A stretch of 35,833 bases of DNA from an uncultured Deferribacteres bacterium (GTDB taxonomy: Bacteria; Zhuqueibacterota; Zhuqueibacteria; Zhuqueibacterales; Geothermadaptataceae): positions 1 to 35,833 of the forward strand of contig CAXHAT010000072.1 of NCBI GenBank assembly GCA_964014485.1. The letters run 5' to 3'. The notes under the pieces were generated by a model that was not told the origin of the DNA, ran no database searches, and saw only the letters and a list, made by a program, of their open reading frames with translations. Position 1 is the first letter of the stretch. Each line of letters opens with the position of its first letter. Shown here one piece after another: positions 8,560 through 18,387 of this stretch. Made by a program: the position numbers and the translations under genes.

Positions 8560-10960
8560 ATTTCAAACTTTCCACCGGATTAGATAGTGCAGCTTTGATC
8601 GCCTGTGAACTGACGGTTAAAAGTGCTATGATCAGCGCCGTCCCGCCTGCCAGTGCAAAAATCAGCCAGCCGATTTCTACGCGATAGGCGAAGTTCTGCA
8701 GCCACGCGTTTGTTGCCAGCCAGGCCAAAGGCCACGCAATCAGATTGGCGAGTGCGACGAGCGTCAGAAATTCGCGCGAAACGAGCGCGGCGATTTGTCT
8801 GCTCGAAGCGCCCAGAACTTTGCGCACGCCAATTTCCTTTGTCCGTTTTTGAACCGAAAAAGACGCCAGTCCGAACAAGCCAAGGCAGGCGATAAAAACC
8901 GCCAGACCGGAAAACACGCCGACCATGGCTTGCGTTTGCTCTTCCTGTTGATAGAGTGAGTTGATGTAATCGTCGAGAAAACGATACTGGAAAGGAAACT
9001 CCGGCACGAATTCCTGCCAGGACGCTTCCAATGCTGCGAGCGTTTCCGAGACGTCCGCCGATTGAATTTTGACCGAAAATACCGAATACACCTCGGTGAA
9101 ATAAAGCATCACCAGCGGCTTGATCTCTTCTTGCAGCGAGGCGATGTGGAAATCCTTCACAACGCCAATGATCTCCCCGTCAATTTTGTTGATTCCCAGA
9201 CGGTAAATTTTGCCGACGGCTTCTTCGGCGCTGGTGAAGCCAAGTTTTTTCATCGCCGCTTCGTTAATCAAAATCGTACGCATGGGATCGGTCGCGAATT
9301 CCGGCGAAAAATTACGCCCGGCCAGGGTTTCCAGGCCATACGCGTTGATGAAATCATAATCAACGAAATTGAGATTGATTTGAAATTGCTCGCCCCCGTC
9401 GCGGCCTTTGGGATAAAGTGACGTGCTAAAGCCATAGTCTGCGATGGGCGATTTGTAAGAAGCAGTGACGGCCTTGACGTCCGGGCGCGCCAGCCAGTCT
9501 TGCTTGATCACGTCGTATTGCTTGTTCACCGACTCGTCGTTCATTTGTACCGTAAGCATCAATTCCTGATCAAATCCCAAATTTGCGCTGCGGACGAAGG
9601 CCAGTTGCCGCTGGATTGTTATGGTGGCGGCGATCAGGATGATGGAGACGGCGAATTGGAAAATGACCAAAGCTTTGCGCAGCGTGAGGCCGAATCTCCC
9701 TTTGTTGCCGGTTTGCAGCTTGGCGCTTTTGAGCGTTGAAACGGGCTTGAACGCCGCCAGTACAAACGCCGGATAGACGCCGGAAACGACGCCTACAGTG
9801 AGCGTGAGCAGGAGCAAACCGCCAATGAGCGGCAGATTTTGCGCATAAACAAAGGCTAGCGATTTATTGATGAGTTGGTTGAACCAGGGAAGCGAAAATT
9901 CCACCAAAAGCAAAGCGACGACTAAAGCGGCAAGCGCCAGCAAGATCGATTCGCCGAGAAACTGCCGCAAAAGCTGGGTTTTTTCCGCGCCGAGGGTTTT
10001 GCGCATACCGACTTCCCGCGCACGGTCGGCGGAGCGCGCTGTGGACAGGTTCATGAAATTGATTCCGGCGACCGTCAAAATCAGCAAGCCAATCGCGGCG
10101 ATGACGTATAGATTGGCGGCTTGATTGTTCACGCCGAGTTCGTCCCCAATGTGAGAATAGAGATGAATTTCTGTTAGCGGCTGAAGGAACAAACGTGCGG
10201 TTCGATTCGGTTCTTTTCCCGCGTACTTTTCAAGCGCCGGGGCGATTTTCGCTTCCAACGCTGCGGGATCGACGGCTCCGTCCAAAAGTGTGTAAACATA
10301 CGTTCCGAAATATCCGCCCCATTGGTTCAAGTCCACGCCGGTCAGTTCTTCGTTTAAACTTTCGAGCGAAACGAGAACGTCGAAGGTAAAATGCGAATTG
10401 GCCGGAGCGTCTTCGACCACGCCTGTGACGGTAAACGTTGCTTTGTTGTTAAAGCGGATTTGCTCGCCCAGCGGATCGGCGTCGCCGAAGTATTTTTGCG
10501 CCAGGCTGCTGGTGAGAATAACGGCGTTTGGCTGTTGCAGCGCCGTTTTGGGATCGCCTTGCAGCAACGGGAAAGTGAAAATATTGAGAAAACTCGGCTC
10601 TACGAAAAGGCAGTTTTCTTCGTAGAATTTTTTGTCCTGCGCTTGCAGCAGCGCCTCGCCGAAAGTGTAAAATCGCGTCGTGTTTTGCAGTTCCGGGAAA
10701 TCCTGAATCATCGCGGGCGCGAGCTGGTGCGGCGTACCGGCGTTTGCGCTTACGCCTTCCGAGCTCGTAATTTCAGCGGCGATACGGTAGATGTGATCGG
10801 CGTTTTTGTGAAAACGATCATAGCTGAGCTCGTGCTGAATGTACAGCGCAATTAACGTACAAACCGCCAACCCGACCGCCAAACCCGACACATTGATAAA
10901 CGTATATGCTTTGTCTTTCCGAAAATGGCGCAAAGCGATTTTGAGATAATTTTTAAGCAT
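8552..10960 (-). CDS. ABC transporter permease, double MacB/FtsX type (copy 2)
   Basis: MLKNYLKIALRH start; NFMNLSTARS.RAREVGMRK; RTKEIGVRKVLGAS; ends NPVESLKYE. Confidence 0.95.
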   Translation of the reverse strand: MLKNYLKIALRHFRKDKAYTFINVSGLAVGLAVCTLIALYIQHELSYDRFHKNADHIYRIAAEITSSEGVSANAGTPHQLAPAMIQDFPELQNTTRFYTFGEALLQAQDKKFYEENCLFVEPSFLNIFTFPLLQGDPKTALQQPNAVILTSSLAQKYFGDADPLGEQIRFNNKATFTVTGVVEDAPANSHFTFDVLVSLESLNEELTGVDLNQWGGYFGTYVYTLLDGAVDPAALEAKIAPALEKYAGKEPNRTARLFLQPLTEIHLYSHIGDELGVNNQAANLYVIAAIGLLILTVAGINFMNLSTARSADRAREVGMRKTLGAEKTQLLRQFLGESILLALAALVVALLLVEFSLPWFNQLINKSLAFVYAQNLPLIGGLLLLTLTVGVVSGVYPAFVLAAFKPVSTLKSAKLQTGNKGRFGLTLRKALVIFQFAVSIILIAATITIQRQLAFVRSANLGFDQELMLTVQMNDESVNKQYDVIKQDWLARPDVKAVTASYKSPIADYGFSTSLYPKGRDGGEQFQINLNFVDYDFINAYGLETLAGRNFSPEFATDPMRTILINEAAMKKLGFTSAEEAVGKIYRLGINKIDGEIIGVVKDFHIASLQEEIKPLVMLYFTEVYSVFSVKIQSADVSETLAALEASWQEFVPEFPFQYRFLDDYINSLYQQEEQTQAMVGVFSGLAVFIACLGLFGLASFSVQKRTKEIGVRKVLGASSRQIAALVSREFLTLVALANLIAWPLAWLATNAWLQNFAYRVEIGWLIFALAGGTALIIALLTVSSQAIKAALSNPVESLKYE

Positions 10961-11120
10961 GATTTGTCTCTTTTGTTAAATTCGTACTTCAATGTCCAGG
11001 CTACTTCAGCAATTTTAAGCATCATTGACTCCGTCTCGGTTGCCAATAAAAGCGGGTAATTCGTAAACAAGGATGCTTCAGTTATGCTTTTAATTACACT
11101 TATGCTCTTTTTGAGTAGTT

Positions 11121-11154
11121 ATACTTTAAAAATAAGGCTTGAATTTTAAAGTAT
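11121..11154. promoter_or_regulatory. Palindromic operator-like site upstream of AAA-DUF4143 gene
   Basis: ATACTTTAAAA (11121-11131) / TTTTAAAGTAT (11144-11154) perfect 11-bp inverted repeat with 12-bp spacer. Confidence 0.45.
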
Positions 11155-11174
11155 GCTTAGTGATATTCGGGCCT

Positions 11175-12434
11175 ATGAAAAGAAAAATGGAAGATATTCT
11201 CGTCGAAAGAATCCAAAGGGAGCGCGCTTGCGCTATCATCGGCCCGCGACAAGTCGGAAAATCGTATCTTTTAAAAGAGATTTTGAAAAACCGCCCAGGC
11301 CAATACATTTCTTTGGACGATCCGATTTTGCGCTCGGAGATCGAACGAGATCCTTATAATTATCTTAAAAGCCGCTTGCAGCCCGATCAATTTCTTTTCA
11401 TTGATGAGCCCGCGAAAACGCCTGCGATTTTCGACGCCCTGAAAATGATCATTGATTCGAAGGGAAGTCAGCCTTCAAAAATCTGCATTGCGAATTCCGG
11501 CAATTATCTTCTCCTGCGAAAAATCAAAGAGTCTCTCGCCGGAAGAATTTCACTCATGACCTTGCACCCTTTTTCTTTTTCAGAACTCCTGGGCGGTTCA
11601 AACGATTCTGGCTTGAACCGACTCATCGATTCGAAAGTCGACGCTCTGGACGTCCCGGAAAAAGTTGATCATGTCGAGATCAATCGTTTGAGAGATCAAA
11701 TGTTGGTCTGGGGCGGATACCCGCTCCCCGCCTTGGCGTCCGAGCGTGATTTTCGTATTCGTTGGATCCGGGACTATTTGACCACTTATGTTTTTCCAAT
11801 ACTCATCGAGCAATTTCAAATCAGAAATCTCGCTGCTTTCGAAAAATTCGTTCGCCTGTTGTTTATTCAAAGCGGGAAACTGCTAAATAAAAACAAATTG
11901 GCGCTTGCCGTTGGCGTCAGTCAACCAACGATTGATAATTTTCTCTACCAACTCAAAGCGATGATGTTGATCGAGACGTTTGACGTCTATCATCGCAATC
12001 CGAAAAAAAGGCTTGTCAAACAAAACAAGGTTATCGCCGTTGATCCTTTACTCATGCATAACGCGCTGAATACCAATTTTAGCAACGAAACCGCCAAAGA
12101 ACTGCAATATTTCGGTGCGATTTACGAGAGTTTTATTTCGATGGAGTTGTTAAAAATTTTGCATAATTCCGGGACGATTTTTGACGCTTATTATTGGCGC
12201 ACACAGGACGGCGCTGAAGTTGATGTTATCATCGAGGCAAAGGGCAAAACGTTTCCTTTTGAAATCAAGGCCAAATCCAGGATTAACAAACGAGACGCTT
12301 CCGGTCTCATCTCCTTTCTTGCCGACCATCCCGAGATTCAAAACGGCTACATCATTTATCCTGGCCGTGAGACCCTTCAAGTCCACCCAAAAGTTTGGGC
12401 GCTGCCTGACTGGCTTCTGCTTGCCTCTTTTTGA
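11175..12434 (+). CDS. AAA_14 ATPase with DUF4143 / PD-(D/E)xK-like C-terminus
   Basis: Walker A GPRQVGKS, Walker B FIDE, ESLAGR, WGGYP, YYWRTQDGAEVD...FEIK; start ATG 11175 preferred over TTG 11139. Confidence 0.9.
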   Translation: MKRKMEDILVERIQRERACAIIGPRQVGKSYLLKEILKNRPGQYISLDDPILRSEIERDPYNYLKSRLQPDQFLFIDEPAKTPAIFDALKMIIDSKGSQPSKICIANSGNYLLLRKIKESLAGRISLMTLHPFSFSELLGGSNDSGLNRLIDSKVDALDVPEKVDHVEINRLRDQMLVWGGYPLPALASERDFRIRWIRDYLTTYVFPILIEQFQIRNLAAFEKFVRLLFIQSGKLLNKNKLALAVGVSQPTIDNFLYQLKAMMLIETFDVYHRNPKKRLVKQNKVIAVDPLLMHNALNTNFSNETAKELQYFGAIYESFISMELLKILHNSGTIFDAYYWRTQDGAEVDVIIEAKGKTFPFEIKAKSRINKRDASGLISFLADHPEIQNGYIIYPGRETLQVHPKVWALPDWLLLASF

Positions 12435-12460
12435 AGCGTCAGTCAGAAACGAGGAGCCTA

Positions 12461-14836
12461 TCATTCGTACCGCAAGCTCTCAATCGGATTTGCGAGCGCT
12501 GCGCGAATGGCTTGTATGCTTACCGTGAATAGCGCTATCACCAAAGCCAGACCCCCAGCCAACGCAAATACTGGCCATGAAATATCAATGCGATAGGCGA
12601 AATTTTGCAGCCATTTGTTCATCGCGTACCACGCCAGCGGCCATGCTGCAAAATTGGCTATTAGCACGAGTTTAATAAAATCCTTCGAAAGTAATGTTGT
12701 GACGTTCACCACGGACGCGCCAAGCACTTTGCGAACGCCGATTTCTTTAGTGCGCTGCTCGGCGGTGAATGAAATCAGGCCAAACAACCCCAGGCAGGCG
12801 ATGAAAACGCCCAGGAATGAAAATGTGATAAAGACGTTCGCAACGCGTTCTTCGCTGGCGTAGAGCGCCTGGAAATCCTGATCGAGGAAAGAATAGGCAA
12901 GCGGTGAGTCGGGAGAAAATTCCTGCCATAAGTTTTTAATCGCGGCCATGCCTTCAGCAATTTGTCCGCCTTGCAAGCGCACCGCGACATAGGACGGTCT
13001 CCAGCGATTAAACATAAAGAGAATCGGCTTGACTTCATTATGCAGCGATTGAAAATGAAAATCTTCAACGACGCCGATGACCGGCCCTTGCGCAAAATTT
13101 CCCATACTGATCTGTTTGCCCAGCGGCTCTTGCCACCCCAGCATCTCGGCGGCGGTTTGGTTGAGCAGAAACGCCGAAGAATCGGAAGCGAATTGCGCGG
13201 AGAAGTTTCGCCCTTCGACAATTTTGAGCTTTAGGACGTCAACGTACGACTCATCCACGCGGGTGTAAGTGAGCGAGGTGTTTTCATAATTTGCAGGTTG
13301 TTCGGGCGTAAAGATCGTTGAGTCGAAAATTTGTCCGGGCAGGTTTTGCGCCGCCGTGACGCTTTCGATTTGCGAGTTCGCCAAAAGTCTTTGTTTAAAC
13401 GTCTCCTGCTGATCGCCCAACGCTCCGGCGCGATGAATAATCAGCACCTGATCTTTATCAAATCCCAATTGTTTGTTTTGAAGAAAATTGAGCTGATCTT
13501 TTATCACAAGCGCGCCGAATATGATGCTGATGGAAACGCCGAACTGCGCCACAACCAGAACCTTTCGCAATCCTTCCCCGCCCTTGCGTATGGTCGAGCG
13601 CCCTTTGATCGCCTGAATTGGCCAAAAAGAGGAAAGAAAGAACGCAGGGTAGGCGCCGGCCAGCAAGGTGACAAGCACGGCAACGCCGATTGAAAGACCG
13701 AAGGCGTTTAATGAGATGGAGAGACCGCTCGCGAATTGTTTGCTTGACAGCTCAGCGAAGGCTGGCGTCAACGTTTCAACCAGTAACCAGGCAAGAAGAA
13801 TCGCCAGTGCGACATTGACAAAGGTTTCAGCGAGGAATTGTCGGACGAGTTGCGCCTTTTGCGATCCCAAAACTTTTCGCACGCCGACTTCCCGCGAGCG
13901 TTTCATCGACTGCGCCGTACTCAAATTGACAAAGTTGATGCAAGCCAAAAGCAAAATGAAAAAAGCGATGACGGCAAAAAGCCAGACATATACAATATTG
14001 CCGTTGGCGCTCAGCTCGTACTGCAAATGGGAGCGTAAGTGAATATCCATTAAAGCTTGCATCGGAAAACGGGAAAAATTGCCTGTTTCGCCGAAGTTCG
14101 AGCCGGAGACGTTTTCATCGACGTAGGTTTGCAGCTTTTGTTGGAGCGTCGATATGTCTTCCCCTGGCCTCAAGGCCAGGTAGGTGTAAACGGATGCGGA
14201 ACCCCATTGCCCGCGTCGGCCCGTGAATCTTCGTAGATTTTCGAGCGAAGCCATGAATTCAAAATGAAAGTGGGATTGGGTTGGAAAATCACGAATGACG
14301 CCGGTCACTTGCAAAATGCGCCCATCGTTTTGCTCGATGGTTTGCCCGATCGGGTCACGGTTCGGAAAGTAGCGTTGCGCCGCACTTTCGGTGAGCACGA
14401 TGCTATTGGGGGCCGTCAACGCCGTTTCTGCATCGCCGGCAAGGAAAGTTGTTGTAAAGACTTCGAAGAAGGCGGGTTCAGTGAAAAGGAAATTCTGCTC
14501 ACGGACGAATGCTTCGCCGAGACGTAGCGTCATGCCGCCTTTGTAGAGCCGAGCCGCCCGTTCGACTTCAGGGAATTCTCGTTCCAGGGTCTCAGCCACC
14601 GGGACGGGAACAAGCGGGAGCTTCCATTCGTTATCGCCGAAGCGCGCCTCCCACAAGACGCGATAAATTCGATCTGATTTTTCGTGAAAACGATCATAGC
14701 TGCGCTCGTCTTGAACCCAGAGCAAAATGAAAAAACAGGCGGCGATCCCAATGGTCAGCCCGAGAATATTGATAAAGCTATAGCCTTTGTGTCTTGCAAG
14801 GCTTCTCAGGGCGATTTTGAAATGATTCTTAAACAT
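12461..14836 (-). CDS. ABC transporter permease, double MacB/FtsX type (copy 3)
   Basis: Start MFKNHFKIALRSL at 14836 preceded by GGAGG RBS; FtsX motifs; ends NPIESLRYE. Confidence 0.95.
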   Translation of the reverse strand: MFKNHFKIALRSLARHKGYSFINILGLTIGIAACFFILLWVQDERSYDRFHEKSDRIYRVLWEARFGDNEWKLPLVPVPVAETLEREFPEVERAARLYKGGMTLRLGEAFVREQNFLFTEPAFFEVFTTTFLAGDAETALTAPNSIVLTESAAQRYFPNRDPIGQTIEQNDGRILQVTGVIRDFPTQSHFHFEFMASLENLRRFTGRRGQWGSASVYTYLALRPGEDISTLQQKLQTYVDENVSGSNFGETGNFSRFPMQALMDIHLRSHLQYELSANGNIVYVWLFAVIAFFILLLACINFVNLSTAQSMKRSREVGVRKVLGSQKAQLVRQFLAETFVNVALAILLAWLLVETLTPAFAELSSKQFASGLSISLNAFGLSIGVAVLVTLLAGAYPAFFLSSFWPIQAIKGRSTIRKGGEGLRKVLVVAQFGVSISIIFGALVIKDQLNFLQNKQLGFDKDQVLIIHRAGALGDQQETFKQRLLANSQIESVTAAQNLPGQIFDSTIFTPEQPANYENTSLTYTRVDESYVDVLKLKIVEGRNFSAQFASDSSAFLLNQTAAEMLGWQEPLGKQISMGNFAQGPVIGVVEDFHFQSLHNEVKPILFMFNRWRPSYVAVRLQGGQIAEGMAAIKNLWQEFSPDSPLAYSFLDQDFQALYASEERVANVFITFSFLGVFIACLGLFGLISFTAEQRTKEIGVRKVLGASVVNVTTLLSKDFIKLVLIANFAAWPLAWYAMNKWLQNFAYRIDISWPVFALAGGLALVIALFTVSIQAIRAALANPIESLRYE

Positions 14837-14950
14837 GGCGCCTCCGTCTGAAATATCAATATTCAAATTGGTTGCTGAACATTGTTTCTCGAAAGTTGTT
14901 CTGGCGGTTCGTCAGTTTGACCGCCGCTCCCGATTTATTTGTAAAGATGC

Positions 14951-15002
14951 TTGTATTACTGTTTTCTTTTTTTTATGGTTTGGTATTACCAGTAAGTATT
15001 AC
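14951..15002 (+). promoter_or_regulatory. Sigma70-like promoter with three GTATTAC operator boxes for the AbrB-VapC operon
   Basis: TTGTAT (14951-14956)-17 bp-TATGGT (14974-14979); GTATTAC at 14953, 14983 and 14996. Confidence 0.6.
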
Positions 15003-15025
15003 TTTTAACTGTTTAAGGTAAAGCT

Positions 15026-15250
15026 ATGCCTTCAATCACGCAAAAAGGACAAGTGACCATCCCTAAGTTTGTCAGAGACGCACTTGAGTTGAAGCAAGGT
15101 GATGAGGTTGTTTTCAAACTGCGAGAGGAAAGAGCGGTGCTCGAAAAAAAAGAGCAGACAGCCCAGTTCCGTAAATACATTGGATTCCTCAAACATTTGA
15201 ACGGAAGGCGAGTCGATGATATTATTGAAGAACTTCGAGATGATACATGA
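15026..15250 (+). CDS. AbrB/MazE/SpoVT-family antitoxin
   Basis: ITQKGQVTIPKFVRDALELKQGDEVVF AbrB signature; ATGA overlap with toxin gene. Confidence 0.92.
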   Translation: MPSITQKGQVTIPKFVRDALELKQGDEVVFKLREERAVLEKKEQTAQFRKYIGFLKHLNGRRVDDIIEELRDDT

Positions 15251-15738
15251 GCACAGTCACTGCGGTTGATACAAACATTCTTCTTGATATCCTCATCCCC
15301 AACCAAAGCCGGCTCGAAGAATCTTTGAAAAAATTGGAAGAGGCTTCGTCTCGCGGGCGCATAATTATTTGCGAAATCGTATACGCAGAGCTTGGTTCTC
15401 AATTTGACCGTCAGACAGATTTAGATTCTTTTCTGAGTGATACTTATATCGAAACCATCTGGAGCAACCAGGAAGTTTTGTTTCGTGCGAGCCAATTATG
15501 GCAAGTCTATCGCCAGGCCCGCGCCATGAACAGAACAAGCTCGTCGATGATATTCTGCCCGGAGTGCGGAGAGAAATCCGAACTAAAATGCCCTTCTTGC
15601 GGCGTTGATCTAAATAAACCACGTCGTGTCCTTAACGATTTTATCATCGCCGCGCACGCCATAGTAAAAGCTGACGCGCTTCTGAGCAGGGATCGGGGAT
15701 TTTACCGCCAGTATTTTCAAGAACTCAAAATCATTTAA
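15247..15738 (+). CDS. vapC: VapC-family PIN toxin with internal CxxC-CxxC Zn-ribbon insertion
   Basis: VDTNILLD, CEIVYAEL, DFIIAAHA, LLSRDRGFY; insertion CPECGEKSELKCPSCG. Confidence 0.9.
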   Translation: MSTVTAVDTNILLDILIPNQSRLEESLKKLEEASSRGRIIICEIVYAELGSQFDRQTDLDSFLSDTYIETIWSNQEVLFRASQLWQVYRQARAMNRTSSSMIFCPECGEKSELKCPSCGVDLNKPRRVLNDFIIAAHAIVKADALLSRDRGFYRQYFQELKII

Positions 15739-15750
15739 AGACGGCTTGAA

Positions 15751-18138
15751 TTATTCATATTTCAAACTCTCCACAGGGTTCGCCAACGCCGCTTTGACGG
15801 CTTGCGTGCTCACGGTCATTAAAGCGATGACCACGGCAAGAACGCCAGCCACAATAAAAAGCCCCCACCCAATTTCGATGCGATAATCATAATTCTGCAG
15901 CCAATAGTTCATCGTGTACCAGGCAATCGGCCAGGCGATGACATTGGCAATTGCGACGAGCTTGAGCAGGTCGCTGGAAAGCAGCCCGACAAGTCCCGGC
16001 ACGGAGGCGCCGAGCACTTTGCGCACGCCGATTTCCTTAGTTCTTTTTTCCGCCACAAAGGCCGCCAAGCCAAACAACCCAAGACAACTGATGAAAATCG
16101 CCAGCACAGCAAAAAATCCGGCTAATCTGCCGACCTGCTCTTCCGCTTTAAACTTTGCGGCGTAGACGTCATCTACAAATTGATAGTCAAAAGGCGCCGA
16201 AGGAATAATGCGATTAAAAGCCGTCGCGATTTTCGGCAAGGCTTCCCTGGCGCTTACATCAGGATGAATGCGGATGTAGAGCCAATTCAAGTCGTTTCCG
16301 GAGAGAAAGGTAATGGCGGGATGCGTCGGCTGAAAGGGCGAGCCTTTAATAACGTCTTTGACCACCCCTAGGATTTTATAATTCGCTTTGGACTGCCAAC
16401 CGGGCGCCCAACTGATGGTTTCGCCGACAGGGTTTTTCAGGCCTAGCACTTCCAAAGCGGACTCGTTGATGACGACTCCGGAGAAATCACTCGGAAATTC
16501 CCGCGAAAAATCCCTGCCGTCAACAAATTGCCAGCCGATGGTCTTACCGTATTCGTGCGTGACATAAATAGTGTTGAAAGAAGGATCAAAATCTTGAGCG
16601 CGTCCCGGCCAGTCGAAACCGCCGTTCCAGCCGAGGGTATTTGTAATCGAATAACTCGATTCCGCCATCTCGTAAACCGTCCCGGTCTTTATAAATTCAT
16701 TTCTGAGTACGCCGTACTTGCCGCGATACTCCGGCGAGCCTGGGCGAAGCATGATCAAACCTTCACGCGTATAGCCCACCGGGCGCTCCTTGACATACTC
16801 AATGTGCTGATCAATAACGAGCGTGCCAATAATCAGAGCGATTGAAATGGTGAATTGAAAGACGACCAGCGAATTGCGAGGAATCAGGCTCAATCGTCCT
16901 GCGCGGAAAGTCCCTTTCAAAGCGTTGACGGGATTAAATGCCGACAGATAAAAAGCCGGGTAGCTTCCGGCGAGCAGGGCTGTGATTAGAATAAAAGAAA
17001 TGGATGTCAGCCAAAAATTCGCGTTCGTCCAGGGCAAGTTTAGGCTTTTTCCGGCAGCTTGTCCAAACCACGGCAAAGCAAACTCCACAAGAACAAGCGA
17101 CAATCCAAAGGCAAACAGCACGATCAATAGCGATTCGCTCAGGAATTGAAAAATCAGGTGGCTGCGCACAGAACCAATGGTCTTGCGAACGCCGATTTCC
17201 AACGCGCGTTTTTCGGAACGCGCCGTGCTCAAGTTCATGAAATTGATGCAGGCAAGCAAGAGCACGAATGCGCCGATAACGCCATAACTCCAAACGATTT
17301 TCAGATTATCGCTGATGACGTTGACGCCGTTTTCAAATTCCGAGTGCAAACGCCATCGGCTCATCGGATGCAGAAAAAGCTGCGGCTCGGAATTTTCGAC
17401 GTGTGCAAGCATGGCGTCTTTAATGGCGGCTGACGCTTTTTCGAACGTCGTCTCCGGGTGAATCTGGGCGTAGATGTACATGTTGTAATTGTCCCAGACG
17501 TTCAGATGGGCCCAGCCGTCCAGGTACAAATCAAGCGGCGCAAACCAGGAAGCCTGGTGAAATTCGGAATTCTGTGGCAGGTCTTCATAAACGCCGGTGA
17601 TTTTCAAATCCCATCGTGCGTCCATTCTTAGAACCTGATTTATCGGATCCGCTTCGCCGAAAAGCTTTTGCGCCAGTGATTCGGACAGCAAAATCGAGTT
17701 CATGTCCGCCAGCCCCGCTCTTGAGCCGGATCGCATTTTTAAAGTCAGCAAGTTCGGACCTTCCGACTGCATGAAATATCCACTTTGCGTGAATTTGTGC
17801 TCGCCCGCAGCCACAACCCGTTCTTCGACTCTCGCCCGAACCATCGCGATGCGTTCAAAATGTGAGTGATACGCCGATTGCAGTACCGTGCCCAATCCGG
17901 TGGTATGAACGGAATTTGTTTCTACTTCCTGGCCGCCGCCCCACGGCGTATTGCGATAAACCTTGGCAACATGATCATAATTTTCGTGGTATTTGTTGAA
18001 AGACAATTCGTCATGAATCCACAAGCCGATGAGCAGAGCGACCGACATTCCCAAAGCCAGTCCGCCGATATTGATCGCGGAATATGCTTTCTGACGAATC
18101 AGGTTTCGAAATGCGATTTTGAAGTGATTTTTTATCAT
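15751..18138 (-). CDS. ABC transporter permease, double MacB/FtsX type (copy 4)
   Basis: MIKNHFKIAFRNL; NFMNLSTARSEKRALEIGVRK; ends NPVESLKYE. Confidence 0.95.
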   Translation of the reverse strand: MIKNHFKIAFRNLIRQKAYSAINIGGLALGMSVALLIGLWIHDELSFNKYHENYDHVAKVYRNTPWGGGQEVETNSVHTTGLGTVLQSAYHSHFERIAMVRARVEERVVAAGEHKFTQSGYFMQSEGPNLLTLKMRSGSRAGLADMNSILLSESLAQKLFGEADPINQVLRMDARWDLKITGVYEDLPQNSEFHQASWFAPLDLYLDGWAHLNVWDNYNMYIYAQIHPETTFEKASAAIKDAMLAHVENSEPQLFLHPMSRWRLHSEFENGVNVISDNLKIVWSYGVIGAFVLLLACINFMNLSTARSEKRALEIGVRKTIGSVRSHLIFQFLSESLLIVLFAFGLSLVLVEFALPWFGQAAGKSLNLPWTNANFWLTSISFILITALLAGSYPAFYLSAFNPVNALKGTFRAGRLSLIPRNSLVVFQFTISIALIIGTLVIDQHIEYVKERPVGYTREGLIMLRPGSPEYRGKYGVLRNEFIKTGTVYEMAESSYSITNTLGWNGGFDWPGRAQDFDPSFNTIYVTHEYGKTIGWQFVDGRDFSREFPSDFSGVVINESALEVLGLKNPVGETISWAPGWQSKANYKILGVVKDVIKGSPFQPTHPAITFLSGNDLNWLYIRIHPDVSAREALPKIATAFNRIIPSAPFDYQFVDDVYAAKFKAEEQVGRLAGFFAVLAIFISCLGLFGLAAFVAEKRTKEIGVRKVLGASVPGLVGLLSSDLLKLVAIANVIAWPIAWYTMNYWLQNYDYRIEIGWGLFIVAGVLAVVIALMTVSTQAVKAALANPVESLKYE

Positions 18139-18184
18139 GGTTTATCCCTTGAGCCACGCAAATTGCAAAATGTATTTTTAGTCG

Positions 18185-18202
18185 AAAATCGTACACGATT
18201 TT
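18185..18202. promoter_or_regulatory. Palindromic site upstream of permease copy 4
   Basis: AAAATCGTACACGATTTT near-perfect palindrome ~47 bp upstream of the start codon. Confidence 0.35.
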
Positions 18203-18387
18203 GAACATAGAGATTGATCGACTCGCCATTCCCGGGAGTTGAGGGAAACCAATTTTCATACCATCGACAATTTTCAGTGGAAGATAAACAATGCGGGAAG
18301 ATTTGGAGACGGGGCTTATCCGCGAGCAGAACAGAAGCCGTACGCAAATGAACAGTGTTTTCGGGAGAGTACGGATTTGAGCGTTAA

